A stretch of DNA of 64,000 bases from Candidatus Hodarchaeota archaeon (GCA_048886685.1 JBHLKM010000001.1:32001-96000), one strand, 5' to 3'; counted from the stretch's first letter, positions 29,721-40,407 are shown. Program-made: numbers and translations. The notes: generated from the sequence alone by a model not told the origin.

Positions 29721-30914
29721 ATGGGTATTTATTTAGACTATCAAGCAGCGAAACCTGTTGATTCTAGAGTTATTTCAGAAATGACAATTTATTTAAATCA
29801 AAAATTTGCTAATCCATCATCACTTCATTGTGAAGGAGATGAGGCAACCGATGCGTTAAGTGAATATAGACATAAAGTAGCAGATTTCATAAATGCTCCA
29901 GATCCAGAGTCTATAATTTTCACATCAGGAGCTACAGAATCAAATAATCTTGCGTTAATTGGCTATGCAATGAGAAATAAGAAGAAAGGTAATCATATAA
30001 TAATTTCAGAGATAGAACACATTTCAATTTTAAATATTGCCAAGTACTTAGAACGGCAAGGATTTGAAATCAGTAGAGTTCCTGTGGATCAATATGGAAT
30101 AATAAGACTCAATAAACTGGAACGGTTAATTAATGAAAACACAATTTTGATATCTATCTCTACAGCAAGTAATGAAGTTGGATCAATTCAACCAATAAAG
30201 GAAATAAGTGATCTCGCAGTTAAAAACAATATTGCATTTCATACTGATGCTGTAGCAAGTGAAAGTGTCATTCCAATAGATGTTCAAGAAATTCCTATTG
30301 ATATGTTAACATTATCTTCAAATGACATTTACGGTCCTAGAGGAGTAGGGGCTTTATACTTAAAAAAAGGAGTAAGAGTAAATCCGATAATCATCGGTGG
30401 AGGACAAGAAAGAGGATTCAGATCGGGCTCTGAAAATGTACCTGGAATTGTGGGATTTGGAAAAGCTGCTGAGATAATGAAAAAAAAAATAAATGAAGAA
30501 GCATCTAGATTGAGAATCTTAAGAGATAAGTTGATAAAAGGAATATTAGAGGTTATTCCAAAGTCATATTTAAATGGTCATCCAGAAAAAAGACTCCCGC
30601 ATAATGCTCACTTTAGATTCGATTATATTGAAGGAGAGTCATTAATACTTAGTCTAAAAGATGAAAATATCGCTGCTGCTACTGGTTCAGCGTGTTCATC
30701 TAAAACTTTAGAAGCTTCCCATACTCTGATTGCTATGGGCTTACTTCATGAAGAGGCTCATGGATCTCTAGTAATAACATTAGGAAGAAACACAACAGAA
30801 CAAGATATTGATGAATTATTGGATAAATTGCCTGGAATAGTAAAAAGATTAAGGCTATTATCTCCTTTGACTCCTCCAGATTTAATTAAAAAATATAATG
30901 AGGTGAATGAATAA
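29721..30914 (+). CDS. iscS: Cysteine desulfurase IscS/NifS
   Basis: FTSGATESNN, EH, HTDAV and TGSACSS; the PLP-lysine motif reads SSNDIYGP instead of SxHK. Confidence 0.9.
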   Translation: MGIYLDYQAAKPVDSRVISEMTIYLNQKFANPSSLHCEGDEATDALSEYRHKVADFINAPDPESIIFTSGATESNNLALIGYAMRNKKKGNHIIISEIEHISILNIAKYLERQGFEISRVPVDQYGIIRLNKLERLINENTILISISTASNEVGSIQPIKEISDLAVKNNIAFHTDAVASESVIPIDVQEIPIDMLTLSSNDIYGPRGVGALYLKKGVRVNPIIIGGGQERGFRSGSENVPGIVGFGKAAEIMKKKINEEASRLRILRDKLIKGILEVIPKSYLNGHPEKRLPHNAHFRFDYIEGESLILSLKDENIAAATGSACSSKTLEASHTLIAMGLLHEEAHGSLVITLGRNTTEQDIDELLDKLPGIVKRLRLLSPLTPPDLIKKYNEVNE

Positions 30915-31719
30915 AATGAAATCAACTCAGTATTCTGAAAAAGTCTTAGATCATTTTCGTAACCCCAGAAACATGGGAGAAATTGAGGAAGCAGATGGAT
31001 TTGGACGCGTAGGCAATCCTGTTTGTGGAGATCTTATGTTTATGTATATTAAGGTCGGTAGAAACAATAGAGATGAGGAGATAATTGAAGATATTAAATT
31101 TAAAACTTTTGGTTGCGGTTCGGCGGTCGCTACATCTTCTATGATTACTGAAATGGCTAAAGGTCTAACATTAGAAGAAGCCTACAAAATTACAAGACAG
31201 GATGTAGCTGATGAGCTAGAAGGCCTTCCACCAATTAAAATGCACTGCTCAAATCTTGCTGCAGATGCTTTAAAAGCCGCTATCGATAATTATAGACTAG
31301 GCACTGAACCAGAAGTTGAAGTGGAAACTGCTTGCAAATTAGAGATAAATGTTATTCTAGGATTTGACGAATATCTTGGTAAAGGGACTTATAAGGAAAT
31401 CCCCGAAAACCTTGAAGAATTTAGAGATAAAAGGGTTCTAATTGTAGACTCTGGTGACGAGTCTTTAGAGCTTGCTTTAAAACTAACTAATTACACAGGA
31501 AGAGTTATTGTGTCTACAACTTCTAAAGTAATCCCAGGAAGGGAAGCAATAGCTAAAAAATTAAAACAATCGGATGTCAAAATTCTTCAGCAATCTGAAC
31601 TCGTTGAAATAAAAGGAGAACTAGATGAAGTGGAAAAAGTAGTTTTGCACGATTTTGATGAGGATGAAAATTACGAGTTGTTCTTAGACGTCGTAGTATA
31701 TTTGGATTATAGAGGGTAA
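30907..31719 (+). CDS. iscU: IscU/NifU Fe-S scaffold fused to a degenerate thioredoxin-reductase NADPH-binding-like domain
   Basis: YSEKVLDHF, GNPVCGD, FGCGSA and LPPIKMHCS, followed by ~135 aa resembling the TrxR middle domain. Confidence 0.85.
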   Translation: MNKMKSTQYSEKVLDHFRNPRNMGEIEEADGFGRVGNPVCGDLMFMYIKVGRNNRDEEIIEDIKFKTFGCGSAVATSSMITEMAKGLTLEEAYKITRQDVADELEGLPPIKMHCSNLAADALKAAIDNYRLGTEPEVEVETACKLEINVILGFDEYLGKGTYKEIPENLEEFRDKRVLIVDSGDESLELALKLTNYTGRVIVSTTSKVIPGREAIAKKLKQSDVKILQQSELVEIKGELDEVEKVVLHDFDEDENYELFLDVVVYLDYRG

Positions 31720-31765
31720 ATCAAAATTTTATAATTTTTTTAAATTTTCTGGATTTGAAAAGTCT

Positions 31766-32899
31766 TTATTTTTTCATCGATTCTAAGATATAGTCAGTTA
31801 TATATTTGCTCTCCTTATCTGTTTGATTCTTATAATTCACATACCTAAAATTAAAAACACATAAGGGACAGGAGGAGGTTATTTCTTTTGTTTCTATATT
31901 GTTAAATAAATCTTTACCAATATTAATGCAGATGCTACTATCAACCCCTCTTATTCCAGAACCAGCTCCACAACATGGTGTTTCTTTGGGATTGGTTGTT
32001 ATCTCCTTTATGTCCAAACCGCATTTATTTAGAAGGCTTCTAGGTTCCTTGAATAAAGGTCCATTCTTATATTTTCTCCCGAGTCGACAGGGATCATGAT
32101 AAGTAATTGTTTTATTCAAAGGTTTTAAGGAAATCTTACCTTCACTTTCTAATTCATAAATAACCTCAATAATATGTTTTACATTTATCTTGTAATCATT
32201 AAAATATTTCCGATAGACCTTATCGAAGGCATATAAACAACCCCCGCATGTAACGACCAAATTTTTTATTCCAATTCTCTTAAACAGATCAATATTTTCT
32301 TTAAAAATTGTTTTTGCTGTATCAAGATTTCCAGCAGAATATATATATTCTCCACAGCATGGTTCATTTTCTAAAATTTTAAAATTATAACCCGCAAGTT
32401 TCAATATCTCATACGGGGTACTTGCACTTTCTTTTACTCGAAATGATGACATACAACCAAAAAAAAGTAAGGTATCAGAGTTACTCTTCTCAAAAACTTC
32501 TTTATTTTTATATTGCTCTGGTAACCAATCTAATCGTTCTTCTGGTTTTCCTCCAACCGAATTGTCATTTTCAATGATTCCTTTTATAATCTTACTGTGG
32601 ATCTCCAATGGAGCTTTATTTTGCTCAACTAATTTAATTTTTGAAGAATGAATGATATCTGCTATAGAAATAGATTGTTGGCAGACTAAATCACAAGATG
32701 CACATAAAGTACACGTGTAGATGCCTAGAATTTCTTCATCATTTATAGTTCCATTATTAAATATCTTTTCTGCAATCTTTAATCTCCCATTTGGAGATTT
32801 AAATTCTTCCTTCGTGACTTTATATGTATCACAAACCTCTAAACATGATCTACAATCCATACAGGTCTGAATCTCATTCAAAATATCCTTATCCTGCAT
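31766..32899 (-). CDS. HdrD/GlcF-like (Fe-S)-binding protein with CCG domains
   Basis: CMDCRSCLEVC, CTLCASCDLVC, two CCG motifs and HDPC. Confidence 0.88.
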   Translation of the reverse strand: MQDKDILNEIQTCMDCRSCLEVCDTYKVTKEEFKSPNGRLKIAEKIFNNGTINDEEILGIYTCTLCASCDLVCQQSISIADIIHSSKIKLVEQNKAPLEIHSKIIKGIIENDNSVGGKPEERLDWLPEQYKNKEVFEKSNSDTLLFFGCMSSFRVKESASTPYEILKLAGYNFKILENEPCCGEYIYSAGNLDTAKTIFKENIDLFKRIGIKNLVVTCGGCLYAFDKVYRKYFNDYKINVKHIIEVIYELESEGKISLKPLNKTITYHDPCRLGRKYKNGPLFKEPRSLLNKCGLDIKEITTNPKETPCCGAGSGIRGVDSSICINIGKDLFNNIETKEITSSCPLCVFNFRYVNYKNQTDKESKYITDYILESMKK

Positions 32900-33010
32900 T
32901 AATTTAGTCCAATTTTGAAGATATAATGAATTTTGAATATATAATAAAATAATAATTTATCATTAAAGTTTAAGGTCATCGAAAAAAATAAAGTAAATTG
33001 AAGATATGCT

Positions 33011-33556
33011 TTGATTATGAGAAATAACTTAGTCTCAGATGAAACAAAAAAAGTTTATATTAATCGATTTAACATCATGCAAAAGAATCGTAATACTCTT
33101 GAAGGAGATAAATTGTTTCTAGCCAAGGTAATTGCTGTTTCAGAACAAATAGATAACTTGCATGTAAAAGCAACTGTTGGGAATTTTGTAATTGAAAATG
33201 ACGGACCTAAAGATTTAGGAGGATCAGGGACCATTCCAGGACCCATGCCAATGTTTCTAGCAAGTATGGCAAACTGTTTAGAAATAACAGCTCTACTTTA
33301 TCTGTCATTGTCAAATTTGAAAGTAGATTCTATAAAAGTAAAAGTTGAAGCAATGCATGATAAAAGAGCTGCGCTTAATCCAAATAAAGAGCCTCTGCCT
33401 GGTTTCTTTGATATTAAATATAAGTGGTATATTACTACAGACGAGAATTTAAAAAAAGTCGATCGAATTCTCCAAAAAGTAGAAGAAGTATGTCCAGTAA
33501 AGGGAACTTTTAATAAACATCACAAATTCCAGAGAGAAATTTATTTGGTCAAATAA
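33011..33556 (+). CDS. OsmC family protein
   Basis: DGPKDLGG..PGPMPMFLASMANC...CPV. Confidence 0.85.
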   Translation: MIMRNNLVSDETKKVYINRFNIMQKNRNTLEGDKLFLAKVIAVSEQIDNLHVKATVGNFVIENDGPKDLGGSGTIPGPMPMFLASMANCLEITALLYLSLSNLKVDSIKVKVEAMHDKRAALNPNKEPLPGFFDIKYKWYITTDENLKKVDRILQKVEEVCPVKGTFNKHHKFQREIYLVK

Positions 33557-33644
33557 AGCTTATAGATCATAATAATTAGCTTTAAAAAAAATTCTTAAGT
33601 GTTATATTATATAAATTTAAGAAAGATTTGTAGAAACATAAATT

Positions 33645-36041
33645 TTGGTAAAAGAAATGAAGCGAGTAATAATAATTGGTGGAGTTGCTGGTGGTGCTTC
33701 AGCCGCAGCGCGTTTAAGGCGGTTAAAAGAAGATTTTGAAATTATAATGTTAGATAAAGGTCCATATGTTTCATTTGCAAATTGTGGGCTTCCATATTAT
33801 ATTGGAAATGTAATTAAAGATCGCGAATCCTTAGAATTGGTGACCCCTGAGAGATTTCTTGAAAGGTTTAAAATCGACGTTAGGGTAAACAACGAGGTAA
33901 TGTCAATAAATAGAGAAAAAAAGAAGATTGATGTCAGAGATTTAAAAACTAATGAAAATTATAAGCTTGAATATGATTATCTGATCCTGGCAACTGGTTC
34001 GAAACCAATTGTTCCACCTTTCAAAGGTCTTGAAGATGTCCCACATTTTACTGTGTGGACAATTCCAGATGCTGTAAAAATAAGGCAATATGTTGAAGAA
34101 TCACATATAAATAAAGCTGTTATCGTTGGAGGAGGATTTATAGGGTTAGAGATGGCTGAAAACTTAGTAGAGAAAGGTGTAAGAGTAAAAATAGTTGAAA
34201 TGTTAGATCAAGTTATGCCCCCTATTGATAAGGAAATGGCGCAGTTTATTCATCAAGAATTGATTTTAAATGGAGTATGTCTTGTTTTAGAAGATCCCGT
34301 CGACTCTTTTGGAAGAGCTGAGGGTGATAAACCTTTTGTCAAAACTAAAAGTGACAATATAATCGAGACAGATTTAATTATTTTGTCCATAGGGATTAGA
34401 CCTCAAAGCGAGCTAGCTAAAAATACTGGTTTAGAAATGTCAGAAAGAGGTTATGTGAAAGTCAATAAAAGAATGCAAACATCTGATCCAAATATATATG
34501 CTGTAGGAGATGTCGTTCAAGTGCAACATTTTCAAACTCAAAACCCGATATCAATGGCTTTGGCAGGTCCAGCAAATAAACAAGGAAGAATAGCAGCCGA
34601 CAACATTGCTGGAAGAAATTCAGAATATAAAGGTGTTTTAGGTGCTTCAGTTGTTAAGATTTTTGATATAACCGTTGCAGCAGTAGGTTTGACTGAAAAA
34701 CAATTGAAAAACCTAGATATCAAATATGATAAGATCTACATCCATCCAAACAATCATGCTGGGTATTATCCTGGAGCAACTCCAATGGCTTTCAAATTAA
34801 TATTTGAGGTTCCTTCTGGTAAAATTTTGGGTGCTCAAATAGTTGGAGGGCAAGGAAGTGAAAAAAGGATTGATGTGTTATCAACCATTATCAAATTGGG
34901 GGGAGACGTCTTTGATCTAGAAGAATTAGAATTAACTTATGCTCCACCGTATGGTTCAGCAAAAGATCCTGTAAATATGGCAGGATTTGTTGCAGCGAAT
35001 TATCTCAGAAAGGATATGCCTATTTGGCATTGGCATGATTTTAGTGATATAACAAATAATGGGGGATTATTATTGGATGTCAGAACCAAAGAAGAATTTG
35101 CCGCACGAACTATTGAAGGTTCGGTAAATATTCCAATCGAGGAGCTGAGAAATCGATTGGATGAGCTTGTGATAGATAAACCTATTTATGTATTCTGTGA
35201 AGTTGGATATAGGAGTTATCTGGCATTAAGAATTCTTTTACAGAGTGGTTTTAACGATGTATATGAATTAACAGGAGGTTTCAAAATTTTTGAGATGGCC
35301 AATGCTACTACAGAAGAAATTATGGCTGCGTGTGGTGGATCGGAAAATGTAATCGAAGAATTTGTTCATGAAAAAGCTTCTGAAAGCGAAGATTATGTAG
35401 AAATTGATGCGTGTGGACTTTCATGCCCAGGACCATTGAATGTGTTAATTAAAGGTCTTGAAGAATTGCCAGAAAATAAGAAATTAAAAGTATATGCTAC
35501 AGACCCCGGATTTAAATCTAGTGTTGAGGCGTATTCTAAATTAAATGAAGCTGTAAAATTGTTACATCTTGGAAAAGAAGAAGGAATGTTGGTTGCTATC
35601 TTAGAAAAGATTCAACCTATTGAAGTTATAACACCTGTTAAAAAGAAAACTAGAAAAGAATTACGTCCTCCCGATGCCCCTCCAGTATCAAATATCAGTG
35701 CTGATGAACTTTTTCAACGGATTGGTACCGAAGATGAACCAGCACTTATGATTGATGTTCGAACTCCCCAAGAATATCAAGGACCGAATGGTCATATTAA
35801 AAATACGAAATTAATTCCTCTAGGAGAGTTAATGAATAATCCAAATGCAATCAAGGACTATAAAAATGAGGAAATAATAGCAATCTGTCATTCTGGTTCT
35901 CGTTCTATGATGGCTGGTCAAATTCTAGCTCAAGCGGGATTTAAAGATATTAGAAATTTAACCGGGGGGATGATGACATGGCACAAGAAAGGTTATCCCG
36001 CAGAACTCGAAAAAAAAGGAATGACAGAGACTTATTATTAA
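33645..36041 (+). CDS. CoA-disulfide/persulfide reductase with rhodanese-TusA-rhodanese C-terminal domains
   Basis: GGVAGG, SFANCGLP and YAPP; rhodanese CEVGYRS; TusA CPGP; second rhodanese CHSGSRS. Confidence 0.9.
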   Translation: MVKEMKRVIIIGGVAGGASAAARLRRLKEDFEIIMLDKGPYVSFANCGLPYYIGNVIKDRESLELVTPERFLERFKIDVRVNNEVMSINREKKKIDVRDLKTNENYKLEYDYLILATGSKPIVPPFKGLEDVPHFTVWTIPDAVKIRQYVEESHINKAVIVGGGFIGLEMAENLVEKGVRVKIVEMLDQVMPPIDKEMAQFIHQELILNGVCLVLEDPVDSFGRAEGDKPFVKTKSDNIIETDLIILSIGIRPQSELAKNTGLEMSERGYVKVNKRMQTSDPNIYAVGDVVQVQHFQTQNPISMALAGPANKQGRIAADNIAGRNSEYKGVLGASVVKIFDITVAAVGLTEKQLKNLDIKYDKIYIHPNNHAGYYPGATPMAFKLIFEVPSGKILGAQIVGGQGSEKRIDVLSTIIKLGGDVFDLEELELTYAPPYGSAKDPVNMAGFVAANYLRKDMPIWHWHDFSDITNNGGLLLDVRTKEEFAARTIEGSVNIPIEELRNRLDELVIDKPIYVFCEVGYRSYLALRILLQSGFNDVYELTGGFKIFEMANATTEEIMAACGGSENVIEEFVHEKASESEDYVEIDACGLSCPGPLNVLIKGLEELPENKKLKVYATDPGFKSSVEAYSKLNEAVKLLHLGKEEGMLVAILEKIQPIEVITPVKKKTRKELRPPDAPPVSNISADELFQRIGTEDEPALMIDVRTPQEYQGPNGHIKNTKLIPLGELMNNPNAIKDYKNEEIIAICHSGSRSMMAGQILAQAGFKDIRNLTGGMMTWHKKGYPAELEKKGMTETYY

Positions 36042-36166
36042 TCAATTCTTTTTCTATTTTTCTTTAAATTATAAGTAAAAAAGTTAAAAAAAAGGCGAAA
36101 CGTTATAAATCCAACGGGATTCATTTATTACGAATATTCCAATAAACAAAAAAAGAGGTAAAAATT

Positions 36167-36757
36167 ATGAAAGAAACTGCTAAGAAATTATTTACAGCAT
36201 ATGTTGGAGAAAGTCAAGCCCGAAATAGATATACCTTCTTTTCAAAAATCGCTAAGAAAGAAGGCTATGTGTTAGTATCTGAGGTTTTTCTTGAAACAGC
36301 TGACCAAGAAAGAGAACATGGTAGCTGGTTTTATAAGATGCTTCAAGGTTTTAAGAAAGAAGAAGATTTTGATGAAATGAAAGTATTCCCCGATGCAGAA
36401 TTTCCAACAACTCATGGAACTACAGTTGAAAATCTAAAATCCGCAATAGCCGGGGAAAATTTGGAATGGCAAACCCTATATCCTGATATAGCTGAAACTG
36501 CTGAAAAAGAAGGATATCCTGATATTTCTGTTAGAGTAGAAGCAATTATCAAAGCTGAGAGGCATCATTCTGAGAGATATGGAAAACTTTTAAAACTAAT
36601 TGGTGATGATGCATTCTTTAAACGAGGAGAGAAGGTGGTATGGGTGTGTATGGAATGCGGTTATGAAGTAGAAATGGATGAGATCCCGCCTGATTTTCGC
36701 TGTCCTTCCTGTGATCATCCGAGATCATATTATCGAAAGAAATGCGAGGATTTTTAA
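36167..36757 (+). CDS. rbr: Rubrerythrin
   Basis: GESQARNRY, EREH and ERHH; C-terminal CMECG...CPSC. Confidence 0.93.
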   Translation: MKETAKKLFTAYVGESQARNRYTFFSKIAKKEGYVLVSEVFLETADQEREHGSWFYKMLQGFKKEEDFDEMKVFPDAEFPTTHGTTVENLKSAIAGENLEWQTLYPDIAETAEKEGYPDISVRVEAIIKAERHHSERYGKLLKLIGDDAFFKRGEKVVWVCMECGYEVEMDEIPPDFRCPSCDHPRSYYRKKCEDF

Positions 36758-36764
36758 ACTTATA

Positions 36765-37007
36765 TTAATTTGTTCCTATTTTTTTTTTAATAATCAATTC
36801 TTTTAAGGAATATTCAATAACATCTAGTATATCATGAAGAATAATCAATAGAAGACTTTCACCCGTGGATTGAGACTTTGATACCTCTTTAAACCTATTA
36901 TGGATAAAACTCAAAAATATTTTATGAGTGGGGGATTTTGGTCCCTTCCAAATAAAAATTCTTCTCAATTCTTCACGAATAATTGCGAATACTTGCTCTG
37001 GATGCAA
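36765..37007 (-). CDS. Short hypothetical ORF or gene remnant
   Basis: 80-aa ORF filling an intergenic gap; no motif recognised. Confidence 0.3.
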   Translation of the reverse strand: MHPEQVFAIIREELRRIFIWKGPKSPTHKIFLSFIHNRFKEVSKSQSTGESLLLIILHDILDVIEYSLKELIIKKKIGTN

Positions 37008-37226
37008 ATCTAGGATTAAAACAGGAGTTTCTTGTGAAACTTAAATTTTATACTAAAAACTTTGAGTTCATTGAAGCTATTATAGAAATTCATTACATTC
37101 TTTAATGGAAAATAAATTCTGACAAAATAATCTTTCAAAACTTTTATAGATGGATTTAAATGTAAATCAGAAAAAGATAACAATGTTATAAGGTATTTTG
37201 AGATTTAGAAAATATTATATTAAATT

Positions 37227-37640
37227 ATGGAACTGAACGAATATTTTGAAGAAGGCAAAGATAAGGAAGAGAATGTAAAGAAAAATTTAAAAACATTATT
37301 GAACACGTTTTTAAATAGAAATCCAAAAAGTGATGCTGCTGCCATTGTAACAAATGAGGGCCTTCCAATTATTTCTAGTATCTCTCATCGGTTAGATGAA
37401 GTAAAAATATCTACAATGGCAGCAACATTATTTTCTTTATCAAATATGGCTATTGATGATATGGTACTAGGCGAATTCAAAGAACTTTATATTAAAGGAA
37501 AAGATGGCTATTTATTTATTTTTCAGGCGGATCCAAGTGTAATTTTTATGGTTTCCGCTGGTATTGATATTAAACTTAGATTATTTATTTTTGAGTGTGA
37601 ACAAATTTGTAAAAAGATTGCAAAATTATTCTCACATTAA
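37227..37640 (+). CDS. Roadblock/LC7 domain protein
   Basis: AAAIVTNEGLPIIS...ISTMAATL...GEFKELYIKGKDGY. Confidence 0.9.
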   Translation: MELNEYFEEGKDKEENVKKNLKTLLNTFLNRNPKSDAAAIVTNEGLPIISSISHRLDEVKISTMAATLFSLSNMAIDDMVLGEFKELYIKGKDGYLFIFQADPSVIFMVSAGIDIKLRLFIFECEQICKKIAKLFSH

Positions 37641-37931
37641 ATAAGAGAGCTGTTAAATTTCTATAAATGCCTTAGTAAGAAAAAATTATTAAGATTTTTG
37701 AAAAATAGTTGCTATCAATTTAGAAGACTGTTTAAGTGTTTAGATTATAAGTAAAAATGTTAAAAATAAGATGAGATATTATAAGTTAACAATATTGAAA
37801 ATTCATACATACTAAAGAAAAAAATGTGAAGATTTCTAAAGAAAACAATAAATCTTTAATTTAAAATCAAAATTTTTAAAAATCAAAATAGATGATTTAA
37901 ACAACAACAGAAATAAGATCTGTGAAGTAAT

Positions 37932-38336
37932 ATGGAACAACAACAAATTTTGGCAAACATTTGGAAGTGTAATATTTGTGGAAAAATAATTGAAGTCCTT
38001 AATCCAGCCGCTCCTGAAACCATTTGTTGCGGACAACCAATGGTTTTAATGGAAGAGCAGACCGCTGAATGGAAAGGTGAGAAACACGTTCCCAAGATTA
38101 CGATTGATGGTAATAAAGTTACTGTCGATGTAGGAATATCTATGGGGACTCCACATCCTATGACAGAAGAACACTACATCATGTGGATTGAGCTTATCTG
38201 TAAAGATAACTGTTATAAAAGGCAAATGTTATCCCCTGGTATGGAACCTAAAGCAACTTTTATGGTTGCGGATACAAGTGGGTTAAAAGCGTACGAATTC
38301 TGTAATTTGCACGGTCTGTGGTTGGGAACAGAATAA
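37932..38336 (+). CDS. dfx: Desulfoferrodoxin (2Fe superoxide reductase)
   Basis: CNICG...CCGQPM, EKHVP, HPMTEEHYI and CNLHGLW motifs. Confidence 0.95.
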   Translation: MEQQQILANIWKCNICGKIIEVLNPAAPETICCGQPMVLMEEQTAEWKGEKHVPKITIDGNKVTVDVGISMGTPHPMTEEHYIMWIELICKDNCYKRQMLSPGMEPKATFMVADTSGLKAYEFCNLHGLWLGTE

Positions 38337-38449
38337 ATTAAATTCTTTTTTTTTATTTTTTAAATATTTTAAAATAATGTAATTTTAAGATGATTAAACC
38401 CAATTATTATTATTAAAATTAAACAAATTTTCTGTAGTTTAATGCAATA

Positions 38450-39814
38450 ATGATTTTGTTTTTACGATTATTTGTAATCTTTTGTTTTGTTATTGTTATT
38501 ATAGCCCTTTTTCGTGAAAAAACAGATTTTTTAACATATAGCGTGGCAGCTATGCTTGTGGCAGCTACCGCTACTTACCTTTTCTCACCCGAGCCTGTTA
38601 CTATTGAAGAATTAATTATTGAGATTGACTGGCCTGTTATTTTCTTCTTAATATCTTTATTTACTATTGTGGTTATTTTAGAAGAACAGCTTATTTTTCA
38701 AGAAATAGCATTAAGAATTACCAAGAAATTCCATACAAACACTCGTCAGTTTTTTTGGGTGATTTGTTCAATTTCTACCTTAAGCGCAGCTTTTATTGAG
38801 GATGTTTCTGTAGCTGTTATATTTATTCCTATGATTATTAGTACAAGTGAAAAGATGAGGATTAATCCTACTCCAATACTTCTCGGAATGACTATTTGCA
38901 TTAATCTTGCTGCAACTTTGACACCATTTGGTTCTGCACAAAATATTCTGATAGCAGATAAATTTGATATTTCAACTAGCTGGTTTTTTACGAATTTATC
39001 GGTATATTTCATTATAGGTACATTACTAACGCTATTCCTTTTAGATTATTTCGTTCTTAGAAAGCACCTTAATGAAATTTGGGTTCCACACTGTGAAGAA
39101 TATGATGAGCCTTTAGAGAGCGAAGACCTTGAAGAACACGAGCTGATAATCTTAGAGGACTCAATTAATTCTAAAGTTTTTTATCGTAATATAGTTGCTT
39201 TATTCTTCTTTTTCATATTGTTAATAATTATCCCAAATATTTTGTTTGTAGGTCTTTTGGGAATGTTATTATTTGTATTTATTAATCCACGTAGGAGTGA
39301 ATCCGGTAAAAGAAAACCGGACATTTCTTATTATTTTACAAAAGTTGATTTTAAATTACCATTCTTTTTTATATGTTTGTTTGTCCTTATATTTTGTTTT
39401 GAAGAGGTGGGACTTATTGATATTATATCAGATTTTGTAGTTAATATAACACCTAACAACATTTTCTTACTATGTGTGATGATATTAATCTCAACCTCTT
39501 TACTCTCAGCATTTCTTGATAATGTTCCAGTTACGGTTCTTTTTATACCGATAATAAATGTTTTGATAGACCCATTAGGACTTGGTTTTTCACAGATTCC
39601 CTTGTTAATAGCATTTATATTAGGAATAAATTTAGGGGGAAATTTCTTGCCTCAGGGAAGCGCAGCAGATATGATGACACTTGATTTATCAACTAAATAT
39701 TGTGTTGAAGGGATGAATTATAGGAAATTATTGAAGATAGGAGGTTTATTTGCCCTCTTACATATCATCTTAGGAATAGGATATCTCGCATTAATAATTT
39801 TTATTTTCTTTTAA
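38450..39814 (+). CDS. ArsB/NhaD/SLC13-type ion transporter (P-protein-like)
   Basis: IDWPVI, LTPFGSAQN, SAFLDNVP and NLGGN motifs; many TM segments. Confidence 0.85.
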   Translation: MILFLRLFVIFCFVIVIIALFREKTDFLTYSVAAMLVAATATYLFSPEPVTIEELIIEIDWPVIFFLISLFTIVVILEEQLIFQEIALRITKKFHTNTRQFFWVICSISTLSAAFIEDVSVAVIFIPMIISTSEKMRINPTPILLGMTICINLAATLTPFGSAQNILIADKFDISTSWFFTNLSVYFIIGTLLTLFLLDYFVLRKHLNEIWVPHCEEYDEPLESEDLEEHELIILEDSINSKVFYRNIVALFFFFILLIIIPNILFVGLLGMLLFVFINPRRSESGKRKPDISYYFTKVDFKLPFFFICLFVLIFCFEEVGLIDIISDFVVNITPNNIFLLCVMILISTSLLSAFLDNVPVTVLFIPIINVLIDPLGLGFSQIPLLIAFILGINLGGNFLPQGSAADMMTLDLSTKYCVEGMNYRKLLKIGGLFALLHIILGIGYLALIIFIFF

Positions 39815-39858
39815 GAATTACTTGAAATAGAGAAAAATTTTAAGTCATTGTAAAAAGA

Positions 39859-40407
39859 ATGAAGAAACTAAAAGCAATCCTCTTAGATAGAGATGGAACC
39901 TTAATTGAAGATAAAAACTATGCGTATAAAATCGAGGATTTTGAAATCCTGCCAGGAGTTATTAAAGGTCTTAGAAAGCTTCAGAAAGAGTTTATATTCA
40001 TTATTATAACAAATCAATCAGGAATAGGTAGAGGATACTACACGATAAAGGATTTTCATAATTTTAACTATCATTTAATTAGATTACTCAACAAGGAAAA
40101 TATTAAGATCCTTAAAACTTATTTTTGTCCTCATTTAAGAGAAGATGGATGTAAATGTAGGAAACCAAATACAAAATTTATTGATGAAGTTATTCGTGAT
40201 TTTAATGTCAACATTAAAGAATCGTGGATGATGGGTGATCATCCATCTGATATACAATTTGGGATAAATGCGGGCTGTAGAACTGTTTTTCTCACTACTG
40301 GACATGGTGACAAACATTTAGACGAATTAAAATCTCTTAAAATAAAACCTACGATAATTAGTAATAATTTTTTAGAAGCAGCAAAAGAAATTTTACGACT
40401 AGATTAA
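39859..40407 (+). CDS. gmhB: GmhB/HisB-N family HAD phosphatase
   Basis: LDRDGTL, TNQSGIGRG, CPH...CKCRKP and GD motifs. Confidence 0.8.
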   Translation: MKKLKAILLDRDGTLIEDKNYAYKIEDFEILPGVIKGLRKLQKEFIFIIITNQSGIGRGYYTIKDFHNFNYHLIRLLNKENIKILKTYFCPHLREDGCKCRKPNTKFIDEVIRDFNVNIKESWMMGDHPSDIQFGINAGCRTVFLTTGHGDKHLDELKSLKIKPTIISNNFLEAAKEILRLD

